NCBI GenBank assembly: GCA_964187785.1
Contig: OZ076409.1
Location: forward strand, 53,880,001 to 53,944,000
Direction of reading: 5' to 3'
DNA length: 64,000 nucleotides
DNA from: Amphiscolops sp. MND2022
Lineage: Eukaryota
The notes under the pieces were generated by a model. That model saw only the letters and a program-made list of their open reading frames with translations, was not told the DNA's origin and searched no databases. This document shows, piece after piece, positions 48,376 through 62,149 of this stretch. The number at the start of each line of letters is the position of its first letter. Position 1 is the first letter of the stretch. Made by a program: the position numbers and the translations under genes.

Positions 48376-49507
48376 GGCTTGTTTCTATATCATATTAGGC
48401 GCTGAGAAATTCAAACCACTTTATTAGTCAGTTCATAAGTCAGTGCCGTCAAAAATGAGCAACACATTTGATTGAATAAAGTTTGCGCAACCTTGACCTC
48501 TCAAAGCTAAAGCATTTTAGTTGTTACTAGCTTTCCAGTAGTATTTTGGCGAGGTATTGAACAAATTTCTCTGGCTTTGTTTTCACCAATCAAGTGAGTT
48601 TTTCTAATATGATAAAATCAAAAACTGTAGCTTATTTAGACAAATAGTTTCGGGCTTAATGACCATCGAAACTTGAATAAGCTTCAATGTTCTGCTGGAA
48701 ATTTCCCTGGTCAGAATTGGCGCTTTTTAGAAATTGGGACGAATGGCCACTTGGGACGAATTGTCGTTTTACTTAATAATTGGGAATTGGGATAATTAAT
48801 TCGATAAAATGATGCTTTGTGAGCTGATAATTTTGCTGAATATAAAAATAGGGAATTTTGTTACTTTTTCCAAATCGGTCACTTTGCTACACTCCAGAAA
48901 TCGGCCCTTTCGTTACGTTGATAATCGGCTTTTCAAAAACTACGTAGATATTTTGGTTTTTGATAGCCTCTCTTTATTATATCAGCTATGAAAAGGCTGT
49001 CTGACCAAAATATCTTTCTGCAGAAACCAAAGTATCTACGTAGTTTTTGAAATAAGTCTATGCAACTTACCGTACGGTAGGTACATCTGTGTGAAAAGTT
49101 GGGAACTCCAAAATGGTCGGAAAGGTATAAATTTTCCAAATTTTTTGAAATCATTCTTTTACTGGTGTGATTTTATTCTGTATTTGATGAAATTAATTTT
49201 GTCTCTAATTAAAACTCACTTGATGATGACAAATCTATCTCACTTTAAAGTTGAGAAGAATTTCTGTTGAATTGTAGACCAACTGATCCAAACCAGCAAA
49301 AACTTTTCAATGAATTTCGACTTGAATTGTTCCTATAAATCTTGTTTTATTGATTTGGAAATGGTCTTGCTCGTGATAAAGAACTTAGCGGAAACTCGTT
49401 ACATAATCAAATTCGATTGCCTCGTGTATATAGAGTTGATCATGAATTGAGGAAACTAATTATTGCGACAGCATTAACACATGATAAAACATACCAGAAA
49501 GCAGACC

Positions 49508-49625
49508 AGAAAGAGTCGACATTTGTCAACATCAGTAATTACCGCAATTTGGAAAAACTGGGTACTAGTAGCCGGCTTTTCCAAATTGCGGTAACTACTG
49601 ATGTTGACAAATGTCGACTCTTTCT
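49508..49625. repeat. 118-bp near-perfect palindrome
   Basis: 49-bp arms (49508-49556 and 49577-49625) with one mismatch, around a TACTAGTA centre. Confidence 0.95.
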
Positions 49626-50500
49626 TGTTTGTGAATCGCTAATGTCCAGAAAAATAACCCCTCTCTTTTGAACGATGACATCAATGATGCAATTTCACTT
49701 ATTACTGTCCTGAAAATTACTGTCGAAATCATTCTATGAGTAAGATGAATTCACAAAGATGAGTTAATCAAAAATTGATTTCAAATTTTGAGCGAAATTG
49801 ACAGAAAATATCCCAGATATTTAAAAGCGATTACTGTGAAACTCTGATACGATTACGCGATACTATCAACGGATTTGGGAATGTAACCTACGTTTAAAAA
49901 ATAGTAATAGGATTTTTTAACTAAAGTGACAGTATAACATACTAGTAGATCGGCATTTCTCTAAAGAATTTTTTTATAGGTATTTATTAGTACTCATTCT
50001 CTAATTTAACGTTTGATGAAATGTTTGCTGAAAAACTGAAAAAAAAGTCGTTTTCGGATTTTGATTAGTTGAAATGCGTAGTTTTTGGGAACTGAGTACG
50101 GAAAACCATTTTGAAATTCTTCATTAATTATTCAAATTTAAAGTAACACCTTTTTTGGTTTGTTACCTAATTTAATCAAAATCGTCAATTTCAAAAATTG
50201 ATTTTGATTCAAAAAAAAACTTCACAATTATAACTTCACACATTCATTTTTTCACCAAAACATGACAAAAATACAATTTTATCCAATGTAGGCGATTTTT
50301 GGCGACTGCAGCTATTTTAAATTTCAAGCGTTCATCATTAAAAACACCACGTGCACGAAAAATTGAACATAGTGCACTAAAACCGCCATTTTGCTCAGCG
50401 CGATTTTTAAACGTGCATTGAAAACACCTGCTCTAAGCAGTGAAGCAATTTTGGATACAGTTTTTGGTGTTTTGTGCTATTGCTTTTCCCGCCAAACAAA

Positions 50501-53500
50501 ATGCCTCGCCCAAAAACGGTGCATGAGCAAATCAGAGAGCTACAGCAGAAGATCACGTTGATCGAAGGAGACAGATCTGCGTATGCACAGGCTTCTCAGT
50601 ACAAGATCGAGAAGAACAATCAGAAGATTGCTGCTCTACGAAAAGAAAACAAAGAACTGCATCAAAGGTTTTTTCTTCTTCACGTTGAAATTTGACACTT
50701 GGTGTTTATAAACCAGTGGTTTAGTTATAACTAAGCGGTTATGTCAAAAAATCCCATTTTCAGGAAGTTTGTCTTTCAAAAAAAATCATAATAGAGTACT
50801 CGAAACATTACTGTTTTTCCAGTTATTTGTTGTTATCCTTTTACAATTATCCACAAGAGGTGTTTGTGATTAGAAAAGACCCTAATTTCGACAAAAATTG
50901 TTGGGGACCCACGACTATCACAACATTAATTACAAATCTTGCAACTTTTAACCGTTTAGGTTTGCTTCCGCGATTAACTGTGATGAAGAGACAATCAACG
51001 AGACGTTTGGAGATCACAAGGACGAGAAGCCGTCCTTCAGAAACAAGTCTACTGAAGATGCCATCAAGGTCATGAACAACAAGATGTGTGATGCCAAAAA
51101 GCGTCTCAGCAGACAGGAGTATCTCACCCGCGAGAAGAAGCAGAAGTTGGAAGAAGCTGAGCTCAGAATGAAAGGTAAGAAATTCATACTTACAAACTAA
51201 TTATTTTTCTTCATTGATAAATTATCTAGGGGTCTTTGGGCAGAACTGAAAGCCAATCGTTCCTTAATCGTTTTCAATATCTTGAGCAAAACACTTCGAG
51301 CGTTTTCATGGCGTCAAAAGTTATTGAAAGAAATGAAAAATCAGATAACATGTAAACTTTTTTCATAACATGGAAGCAAGAGAGTTGTTTTCTTGATTTA
51401 TTTCAAATCCGAGTTCCAGTTCCTGTTTTTTTTGGGTCTCTTAGAGGCGACAATTTCGTCTCTTTTTAGAATTCGAACAGAATTACATAGGATGTGCTGC
51501 CACATACTAAAAACAATTAGAGATAATTCATTTTCTACAGAGTTGGAAGACGACCAGAGAGCAGCCAAGGAAAACGAGGAAGGAGAAACAGACATTTCGA
51601 GACGCAAACGAGAATTGGAAAATTCTCTGAAAAAGACAGAGATGAAGACACAGGAAGCCCAAAACATTTGTGCAACCTACCAAAAAATTCTTGCTCAGTT
51701 CAACGAAGAAAAACTAGACTACCCAAAAAGATTTGACGACATAAAAATTGAGATTGAACGAAATAAAGAGGAACTGAAGAAATTGAAAGAAATGCAAGTT
51801 GATGCAGAGACGTCTCGTGACGCCGCCAAAACCCAGCTGGTGAAGCAGGAGGAAAAGTTGCGCAAAGAAAGAAAGGAGAGGGAAGATAAACTGAAAGAAT
51901 TGCGCAAACAAGCAGAGGAAAAGAAACAAATCATGGACAAAACGGATAGAAGACTGCAGAGCAGAAGTGCAGTTAACCCACAAGATCAGGTAATGAAAAT
52001 CTTAGGGAATAATTTTCCATGTCAATGTATTTCCGTGAGTTAAACATTTCGAAAATCTCAAGTTGCAGCGAATTGGAAACTCAAGGAGCTCGGTAATGGA
52101 ACTCTTAGGAGTATTGGTACTTACCTGCGGACAGTGAAACAATTGAACTAGTTTTTGAGAAAAAATGCTTCAATATATTTCTACATAGCATCAATATAGT
52201 TTGTTGATCCAACTGCAGATCATCTCAAAATACTTTTTACGCTATTTCCTTTAAAACTTACACGTAAATTTAGCAATTTTTTAAAATCTCCATGCGTATT
52301 ACTTTGGATTGCTTAGAGTCCTAAAAAGGCAAATTCATCAATTCGGATGCTAATGTGAATGAATTGAATGGTTAACTGAAGTTCAAAACAGAAAAGTCTA
52401 TCTGTCTTTTGGAACATGGATTTGCAGTGGTCTAGCAATTGTCAGCTTCAAAGTGTGGCTTGAAGGACACTTGCTCAAGGCCTAGGCCTCAAAGGTGTGA
52501 CAGGGCTCACAATTGCTCCTTTTATTTTGTTCTTCTCCCCAAATGCATATTCTATGTCATAGCACTAGTCTAGGATGAAGGAAATGCTCAAGGCTCCACA
52601 TTGGTGAGTTGAGAGAGGATTGAACGTTTCATTTTTTGTGTTTAGGAATCTTCGACCAGTGGGGACAAGAGTGGACAGACAGAAGAAACTGAGAAGAAAA
52701 TCCTCACTTACCAGGAGGCGTTTTTGAAGATCAAAGAAGCCACTGGGGTCTCTGACGTGGCAGACGTGGTAGAGAGGTTCAGAAACCAGGACGATACTTA
52801 CCACAACTTGGAGGAGCAGAAAAAGAATAACAACGAGACTCTTGAAAGTCTACAGAACGAGGTCGTTAAAGCCCACGAGGACTACACTGCCATGAAATAT
52901 ACAGGTTGGTCGGGTAGAGGGAAATAATGAGTTTAATGACGAGAGTTTAAATGTTCAATCTCGTCACACAATCTTGTCCGGAGGTAGGTCGCGGAGATTG
53001 AAACGCTTATGGTTGTTATGATGTTACTTCTGAAGACATTGCTTGAAACCCAAAAGTAGTATCTTGAGAGCATAAATAGATTCTAAAAAAGATCTTGGGA
53101 ACCAGCACCAAGTTCAAATGCAATGTTGGTGATTCCACAAGTTCATGGTTCTGTAGCGAATAAAGGTTGAGGTTTCAGGAGAATGAATGAGATTTTTAGG
53201 AGAGACGAAACTGTCGCACGGAGAGAGGACCCTGGAAGAGTCCAACAACTTCCTGCAGGAAGAAGAGCAGAGAAAAGAGGGAGTGGAGCAGCGACTGAAG
53301 GAGACTAATGGGGTATTGGTCAACGTCAGGTCGGGAGTCGAGAACCTTTCTATCAAACTCGCCTATCTCAAAGGTACATTGATACTTTTTATCCTCAGCC
53401 AAACAATCAGACATATCACATTCGGTGGCAAGACAAAATAACCAAAGTCAAAATAGCCAAGGTCAAAATAGCCAATGCCAAAATATCCAATATGCCAAAA

Positions 53501-55366
53501 TAACCAATGCCAAAATAGCCAAGACCAAAATAGCCAATGCCATATAGACCAATACCAAAACAGTCAAAGTGACACTATAACATTGGCTATTAAGTCACGT
53601 TGGCTATTTTGGCATTGGCTATTTTGTCACGTTGGATATTTTGGCATTGGCTATTATGGCATTGGTTATTATGACTTAGGATATTCTGACATGTAACCAT
53701 CACATTCCAATATATTTATTACATTTTGGCAAAAGTCTTCTCGGGATTTGTTTTTCATTTTCATGACATTAGCTTTTCGATTTGGTTATTCGAAATTCGG
53801 AACCGCAAAATCAAAGGAATCGCTTTGAAATTGGTATATAGGCCCGAAACGCCATTGGGTCAAGAAAATTCCCCTTGAATGGTGAACTTTGTCTTTTTCA
53901 TTCTAAACAAGGTAAATAAACTAGAGTATCGCGTGTTCCTGAATAATTTTTTATCCAGGCACGAAAAGTCAGGAACCCAAGCAGACCCCCTCTGCAGACC
54001 AAGAAGACTACATGTTGGACTTGTTAATGGACATCGAAGACAAGCTGCAGAAATTGATCCAGGACCTCGGTGAGAATAAGAAGTACGAAGACGTGGAGAA
54101 GGAGATCCTCGACAGTGGATACACACAGGTCTTCGAGGATACGTTGCCCCAGTACAACACTAGGTGAGGCTCCACTTTTTCAACACTTGCTCGTGTTTTT
54201 AGCAACCTTTTGAAATTATACTGCTCTGTTTTCACGCCAATCGACCAGCAAATGCAAAAAAATGACCGCAAATGCGTCAGATAAAAATGAGATGATATTT
54301 TCAAACATACAATAATGTAAATAGAAAAATCTAAAAAATCTTAGATGGGCCTCGCTGAGAATTTAAAGGTTTTTAGATCCATTTTTACGGTTCGATACTG
54401 AATTTTTCATTATTATGAAGAGTCTTAATCCATCCGGTGCCATGAATATTTTTTTGAATTGCCTATAATTTTTCGAAATGAGCGAACTCCTTAAAGCTGA
54501 AATTTTATAGGGGAGCGGGACAAAACAGCCGATTTGAAAACAGCACAAAATCGCCGATTGGTAAAATTAAAAATCGCCGATTTTGTCAATGTGTAAGATT
54601 AGCAGTCAATAAAATTATAATAACGTAGTCAGCTATGTTCACATACCCATAGTGCCCTAAATGCAGGAGCGAATTGAAGCGGAGCGACGTGCCATATGGC
54701 CATGCCTCAATGTTGCTACTTGGCGAAGGGAGCGAAGCGACCGAGCCACACAACAAATATGAACCTCTTCAAATAAATCAAGTTCCATGCATATTGGCTG
54801 TAACAGCACTATTTTGTCCCATTTTGAAAATCGCCTGTTTTGTCTCGTTTTCAAAATCGGCTGTTTTGGCTCGTTTTAAAATCGGCTGTTTTCTACCGAA
54901 TCTGAAATTTTGATTTATTGTTTTAAACGACACGCTTGTCTTTTTCAAACAAACAGCAGTTATCTTAAGGTGCTTGTGCTCACTTCAAGGATAATTATTG
55001 AAATGAAGACAGTTTGGCCAGTATTGTTGAGTTATGACTATATGTTCGTGGATAATCATCCATGATTAATGCATGTTCCATTGATTCACATTCATGGCCG
55101 GATAACCTGGGTACTTACCAAATACCGTATTTTTATGATTATACAATGAAAATTTTTCATTTAAGTTCTTGATTCATAAATCGTTTTTTTTAACTCTCAG
55201 AGTGCAAATACCCAGCACCAACAAGGAGCTAGGATACGATGACGTAGATTCAGGTGAAGATGAAGAGTGTCTGACACGGGAGCAGCTGAAGAAGAGATCA
55301 GACGACTTGGTCAACTCCAAGACAAAACGACGACCTCAAAAGAAAAAGAAGACCAAAGGAAAATAA
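50501..55366 (+). CDS. ODAD3: Outer dynein arm docking complex subunit 3 (CCDC151), 544 aa. Exons 50501-50667, 50960-51174, 51541-51989, 52646-52904, 53200-53373, 53959-54163, 55201-55366
   Basis: N-terminus VHEQIRELQQKITLIEGDR..Y..SQ..I.KN, KIKEATGVSD and LP.YN.RV motifs recalled from CCDC151. All six introns are GT-AG and phase-consistent (1635 nt). AATAAA at ~55374. Confidence 0.88.
53410..53700. mobile_element. Foldback/MITE-like element in ODAD3 intron 5
   Basis: Tandem ~15-bp CCAAAATAGCCAATG units followed by inverted TTGGCTATTTTGGCA units. Confidence 0.65.
54500..54910. mobile_element. MITE-like element in ODAD3 intron 6
   Basis: AAAACAGCCGATTT/AAAATCGCCGAT repeats on the left and inverted AAAATCGGCTGTTTT repeats on the right. 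Confidence 0.5.
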
Positions 55367-55569
55367 TGCTAGAAATAAAAACATGTCGTTTTGTAAGTTC
55401 AGTTTAAAAATCTTGAGAACCAGCTACGTGAGATGAAGAACTATTGTATTTTGAAAAAAATTCTACAGCGCGGTTTTTACTTGATGCTATTGCGCCATTC
55501 AGGCTATTGAGTTTCCTGCATATGATCCGCTTTAGCCTATTGAAGATAAATGAGCCGTTTTATCTAGAA

Positions 55570-55996
55570 ACAAGCAGGGACCGGGCCAAGTCAGCGCCAT
55601 GTCAAAGGCTCAAAAATAGCAAAAGGACTTCAAAATGTCAAAGTATTGGTGAACTGGAACTTCTTATGAGTCTCACAAAGCCGAAAAAACTGAGAAGGAG
55701 GACCCTTTGGGATTTTTCAACATGCATTCTGTTGCAAAACTCCAAAAAAAAATTTGAACAAAAGTCGCACAGTGCCGAAAAAAATCTAAAGGGGGACCTA
55801 AAGGGGGCATGTTACGCGGGAAACTTTTTTGGTTCAGTTCCTTGGGCCAACAGGTACATTTTGGCGTCTTCTCAAAATTTTGTAGAACTTTTGGTAGAAC
55901 TATTTTTGTCACTTCAGGTGGTCACTTTTAAAAAACACTGACGAAAAGGTACGACTATAGTTGACTCTGTTCTTAAGAAAAGCGCCGACTAAAAAA
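55570..55996 (-). mobile_element. HINE/DINE-1-like element copy
   Basis: ACAAG..GCCAAGTCAGCGCCAT at the left end; TTCTTAAGAAAAGCGCCGACTAAAAA hairpin end at the right. Confidence 0.75.
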
Positions 55997-57884
55997 TGAA
56001 GACCTAAAGAAAGTAAAGGATCGTAGAGTGTTTGATATTGATCAAATCATGCGCTGAACTTCAACGAAAGAGCGCCTAAAACTGATCACAAGCCACCCCG
56101 TTTATTCAGGCCGAAGGAAATTCAAACAATTACAAACAGCCGTTACGTAACTGAAAAAAACATTGAAAACAAAAATTCATGATTTACCGAAAATCAAGTA
56201 GATTTAAAAGCAGAGATAAAGAAAAAAAGAGAAATTCAATTCTGAAGCTAAAGCATTTCAATGCAATTTCTATGATGCTCCACACATATAACGATCCACA
56301 TTTTGATATGTATATCAACAACTCAACCCACCACTCTCGTTCCTTCATTAACGAAGCCAATCATGTGAAATAACACAGAGACTGTCAAAATCACACAACG
56401 TATCGCGGTTCATAGCGTCATATGTGTTCTCTTCCCTATATTCAGGGGTATTACTCTCTTTGTTTGGACTATGAAATAATTTGCTCTACAAGAGCTTTAT
56501 TTATGGAGGTTAGTTCACGGATCTGATTATTAATCTCTATAAACTTCTGCTCATTTCTAATCTGTTCGTGATCCCTCTCGAGATCTTGTGAATTAGCTAT
56601 TTCGATGTTGTTAGTGGTACTACGTGAATCACGTTCTAAAAAGCTAGCGTCATTATCGTTATCACTGAAAAATTCTATTTCTTCTGATTCGATCTGGTTA
56701 TATCTAGAAAGGTAGCAACTGTACGTAGCAAGATAGCAAAGGTTAATGGGTGCGCGTTATCACCTGCTACCGAGTATACCAATGCTGGTCACGTGGTTGC
56801 CAATCAAGTAGCGTTGTTGAGTTGGTGTTACGTAGCACCTTGTATCAGATTGCGCAATTTGCGTTTAATGGTAGCGCTGGAATAAGAATGTGATGACAAT
56901 GCGTTGCCATCGTTACATGAATCATTAAACAATACATATGGTTATCCCGAATAGACTAATTGCACTAAAGCTTGCACAGGGGTATGATGATGATGTGTTA
57001 CCATCGTTACATGAATGACTAACTAATATGGACTGTCTACCATGGACCGAATAATAGTACTAAACATAGTGCAGTGTTGTTGTCGAAACTACCAATAATT
57101 TTAGTATATGATGAATGCACTCAATTTGACCACATTGAAATCGAGCATGGTACTATTGAAGTTCTGGGAAAAGGAAAAAGATTACTTCACGTAATTGCTT
57201 GATGAAAGTTTGAAAGATGACTGCGTCGAGTAAATGATTTAGTTTATTGGTATTTATCTACTAACGGTACATGTAAAATGTTTGAGCTTATTTTTATGAG
57301 GTGTGGTTAACTCCGTTATCTTCGACTTGTCGCATTCCAGTTCGCTCATCCTCCTTTTTGGTCATGTGATATTTTGTGTATGACAGCATCACTTCTTCAA
57401 TTTCGTGTATTTCATGGTATTCATTCATAGTTACGGTTTGATGACGTGGTGTAAGTGACTGCATCACTTCGGTCATTTAGTTTTTCCCGCATTTGATTGT
57501 GCTTTATGTTGTGTAGGTAGCAGCGTTGATTGTTAGTGATGATTTCAATCATGCGTACAGCATTACGGGGACGCACATACCAAAAGGGCTCTTGAGAAAG
57601 CAATAATTAGAAAGATGGAAAGTAAAGTGGTATGAATAAAAGTCGTTGTGAACATCACTACGTCTATAAATGGCGAAACTAAAAAAATCCCTATCAAAAC
57701 AGTTAAACGTGGTGAGCGGTAAAGCGCAATACTAAACGATCACGCAGATAACCAATGAATTACCTAAATTCCAAAATTACCTTACGTCAACACCCTACTT
57801 TAATAACCAATGAATTACCAAACACTGGTCAAGTGACTAAAAAATACGTGACTTACCATGGTGTGTAGGACCTGACTTGAAAAA

Positions 57885-58190
57885 GCAAAAGGCGGGAACG
57901 GCCCAAGTGGGCGCCGCATCTAAGGCTCAAAATATTATGTTAAATTTTGGGGGGAAAATGGAAAAAATGAGAAAAAATAAAACGTTACTTCCGAATTTTG
58001 AAAACGGTATATCCGAACTTTACCCTTGAGCACGTTTCATCGGAACTTTGAAACGTTATATCCTAACTAAATCTCGGCTAAAAAGTTGAAAAAATGAACA
58101 AAAAAGTGGATCATTCGGAGTGAACTGAAAAAAACTACCCACTGTAAACGTCGGGCTTTTTTCCTCAAGGGAAAAGACGCCGACTAAAAA
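57885..58190 (-). mobile_element. HINE/DINE-1-like element copy
   Basis: GGCGGGAACGGCCCAAGTGGGCGCC at the left end; GTCGG..TTTTCC..GGAAAA..CCGAC hairpin at 58150-58184. Confidence 0.7.
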
Positions 58191-58938
58191 TACGCTAATC
58201 TTGAAAACAGAAAATTGCGAACCCTCAATCTGCTGAAACTTGACCAACTGATGAACTTGACAAGCACCGTAAGATTAGCGTACCTCAGTATGTATTGTAA
58301 ATTAGTCACCGATAGTGTCCGCTGTAAACTTGAAATTTTGAGTTTCGTAAACCATACGGGGTAACAAATATGAATTATATATTCATTCATTCTGGAAGAG
58401 ATACTGGTTTGAAAATCTGAGATTTTAAATCCTACAGCTGTTTCGAACATTTTCTTCATATTTGTTTTAATCATTTTTAAAATATATTTAAGAGACTTTT
58501 CATATAATTTTTTTCCTGTAGTTCACAGTGGACCTAGTTTTTTTTTCTGCATTCATAGTGAGACAATGCGACGTCAGTACAGCGATGGTGAATATTTTGG
58601 AATGCGTTTTTCAAAAAGCGTTTATCCTTCGATGAATATCAACAACTTACAGACCTCCTATCTATTCTTTGTTCTATTCTATTTTATTCTATTGTATTCT
58701 ACTCCATTTCATTCTGTTCTATTCGATTATATTCTATTCTATTCCTATGGAACTTCCCAAGCTTCTCAACCATTAGTGTATTTTCATGCAAGTCTTGTCC
58801 AAATCTAACTTCAAAAATATTTTAATATTGATTTCCAAGAAACACTCATCAATAAACAAAGAATGAGCCGGTGAACTTATCATGACATCACACCTAATGA
58901 AATAAAAGTTGGTGTTGGCACTTTTTGATCTGTCAAGT

Positions 58939-60668
58939 TTACTCGAAAGCTTCCTTGTCGAACATAAACTCTCCGAGTCCGCTTCCACACTTTTTGGCTC
59001 GAGTCAAGAAGTCGCCGAGCTCCTTAATGGCCTTCACTTGCTCCTCGAGGAACTCGCCCTCGATGAAGTCGGCCATCTGCTTGTCTTCGTGTCTGTCTGC
59101 CACTGCATGTAGGTCCAGAAGAGCCTGGTTCACGTCTCGTTCCAGTTTGAGAGCCAGAGCGAGCATGTCGGCGACTCCTCCGAAATCAGAGATCTGTTGA
59201 GAAATGTTGGGCAATTGAGAGTTGACGCACTTTTCAGGAACATTTTAAACAAATTAAAATAAATATTTAAATAATTGGAAATCGGAGAAACATAAAAGAT
59301 GGCAGCGCTTTCGAGGAAATTTAAGTACCGATAACCGCCCGGTTTGAATGGTACCGATTCAATGTTTTCCCGATTCAAAATATTAGGACAATGAAACTAA
59401 AATCCAAGACAAACATTCAATTTTAAAATTTATTTTCAAGATTTTGGATTCAAATATGAACTTTGTTCACACTCTTTCTCCTTATGAAGTCGAGCAACCT
59501 GGATCAGGAAATCAACAACTTCATTTTCTTAGTGAAAAATGTGTGAAAAATTTGTCGAACGAAAAACTACTATATTAGAAATTGAATTCCTGTTATGAAA
59601 AAAAAATCACTTTTAATTGAGCCACTTTGAACAACTTCTCAAAGTTGGGGGAGGGGGAGTGTAACATAAAAGAGCCGGGCAATGGACTCATTTATAAAAA
59701 TTCCCGTCAGAGTAATGCTTGTTTACCACACAACTATGACGATGACAAGGTTCCATGGTTCCAAGAGGGCATGTGTGTAACCATATACCCTGTTGGGTCT
59801 GTCTCATGCATGTTGTTGACTGAGATCCTGTTTAAGAAATTATGGAAAATACCTCAGGTTTCTTGATGTCTTGGTACACGATACGGCCTCCCCTCATGTT
59901 CTGGTACTTCATGAGCTTTTCTGCGTGCTCCCTCTCTTCGTCGGAGGCATCCTTGAAAAATTTGGCAGTGTTGGGCAGCGCCACGTCATCACGGTCGCAG
60001 TGCATGGACATCGCCTAATGAAAGAATTCAGAAACCATCTTCCACAGACTGTCAAAAGGCCATCAAAGTTTTTCTGGAGTTTGCATCCATTTGTTGATAT
60101 GGTGTTGAGAAATTTCACAAAAACTGTGGAATTTTCTGAGTTCGAACTAAGACTTTGAGCACCAAGGGAAGCCAGAATCCTAAGTGAAATTCTTTTCGAG
60201 TGGAAATTGATTGAATGAAATTCGAGAAAATTTTTATTTACCAGATTCGAGCATTTGTTGGTTGTTGATATCATTTCAAGTAATTTTTTTTCTGCCTCAG
60301 TTTTTTCTACAGTCAAAAATCCCCAACACAAACGTTTCACTCCACTACAGTGAACATCGCAACAGAAATATTTTTGAATTGATAGCTTTTTCTCTGGCTG
60401 GTGGAGTTTAAAGAAGTTCAAATTGAATATTTTTGGACAATATTGGACAATTCAAAAATATTTCTGTTGTTACCTATAGGTACAAGAATTTCGGTAAACG
60501 TTGAGATTTTATACCGCGTGCGAGAGAAGAACATGAAGATCTTAGTAATCATTTTTAAATTCTTACCTGGTACACGTAAGAAGCAGTCAGCTCCATGTTG
60601 ATCTGTTTGTTGATGCTAGCTTCGCTTTCCTCGTGGAAGTTCTGTCGGCATTGCGAGACTTTAGACAT
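58939..60668 (-). CDS. Ferritin (H-type ferroxidase residues), 172 aa. Exons 60668-60567, 60014-59853, 59193-58939
   Basis: Reads [26 protein letters not shown] / [33 protein letters not shown] / [13 protein letters not shown]...[18 protein letters not shown]...GLGEFMFDK. Two phase-0 GT-AG introns. Confidence 0.96.
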
Positions 60669-62149
60669 GGCTCTGGATATTGGAAATTTGAGATTCCTTG
60701 TGAAGAGAAGTGTATGTGACTGATTTAGATCTTTGTTGAGAGCAAAGTGAAACGAAAGTCAAATGAAAACGCTCAGCTGAAAATGTGACCAAACTGCAAA
60801 ATATTCACTTCAGAGTTCAGAATTTGGCATTTAAACAAAACGATATTTGGTAATTTGCTCTTAGAACAAGATTGGCGCGCACTTTATTGGATTCTCTGAG
60901 GCAAATAAATAAAACAAAGGACCATTTGGAAACAAATTTATTCTTGATTGTATAAATTTCAGATGTGCAACGTGCAAGCCATAAAAGTAAGAGTGATCCA
61001 CGATATTTGAAGAGCGCCAAGAACAAAAAATTGGGTGGAATATTTTTAACTATCCTTGAGGCTATTATAGTTGACCGGACTTTTTCCTTTTTTGCCGAGT
61101 TTTGACACTTTGTCACCTTTGGAGTTCGAGACTCGAAAACGACCATCGAATGGTCTAGAAATTGTTTGTCAACTTTCGTTTCTTGTTACCTTTTTGTGCT
61201 TTCATGCAAAGACGCACAGATTGGCCGATGTTGTGACGTATGCAGAAAGTGATGATTTTCAGTGACGTCATATCGAATGACACTTTTTCAAGGTAGCCGC
61301 AAGTTCCAAACTTCAACTCAGCTCGAGACCAAAGCGTCGTTTCATGTTGATCATGCCAGCAGGTAACAAACAGATGAGCTTATTCAAAGTAAATACCAAT
61401 ACAGGAATTGTAACAATAATAATTAACTAACAATTGTGTAAAACACGTGCATTTATTTCGATGCTGCAGAAGTCTGATGTACATTCCATATGTTATGGAA
61501 CGTTCCATAGAATTCTGTACGCTTGAGGATATAAATCTACATATTAAGGAATTGTACAAATTTATAAATGAACAATTTGTACGAATTTTAAAAGAATTTA
61601 GGAATTTTAGGAATTTAGCATGCTGAAGACTTTGATACATGTACTTTTAAAATAGAATTTAACATCTTCATAGTAACTTTTCGGCGATTGATTCCTTTCT
61701 GACAGTATAAGCGAAGTAAAAATTCGGGCTCTTTTTCCTCCCCCCCCACACTTTTTAAAGAAAACAAACTCAAGGATTATATTTGAATATATCATTCAAT
61801 ATTTCTTCCTTTTCAAAAAGTCTTTTCCTTTGTTTTGTTGTCTCCACACTATTAGAGTAGTTTTCCGCTTGAACAAAACATTGTTCACACAATTTGACTA
61901 ATTATCTTCGTATTGAGTGTTTATTGATGACTCAAAACAGGAAGCTGTTGATTTCTTCATCAAAAATGCGTGACTACATAGGGAAAAAGTGTGAACAAAG
62001 TTTGTATCTGAATCCTAAACTGTCACACTAAGAATAAATTTAAAACTGAACTGCTTCATTGGAAACGCAATTGAGATATAAATAATTGCAAAAACATCAT
62101 CTTGAAAAGTGTGGGGGGGGGAAGGAAAAAGTTCCAAAATTCGACATCG

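Noticed and set aside
53475..53696. 73-aa ORF with QN/GYF repeats
   Set aside because: Translation of the intronic foldback repeat.
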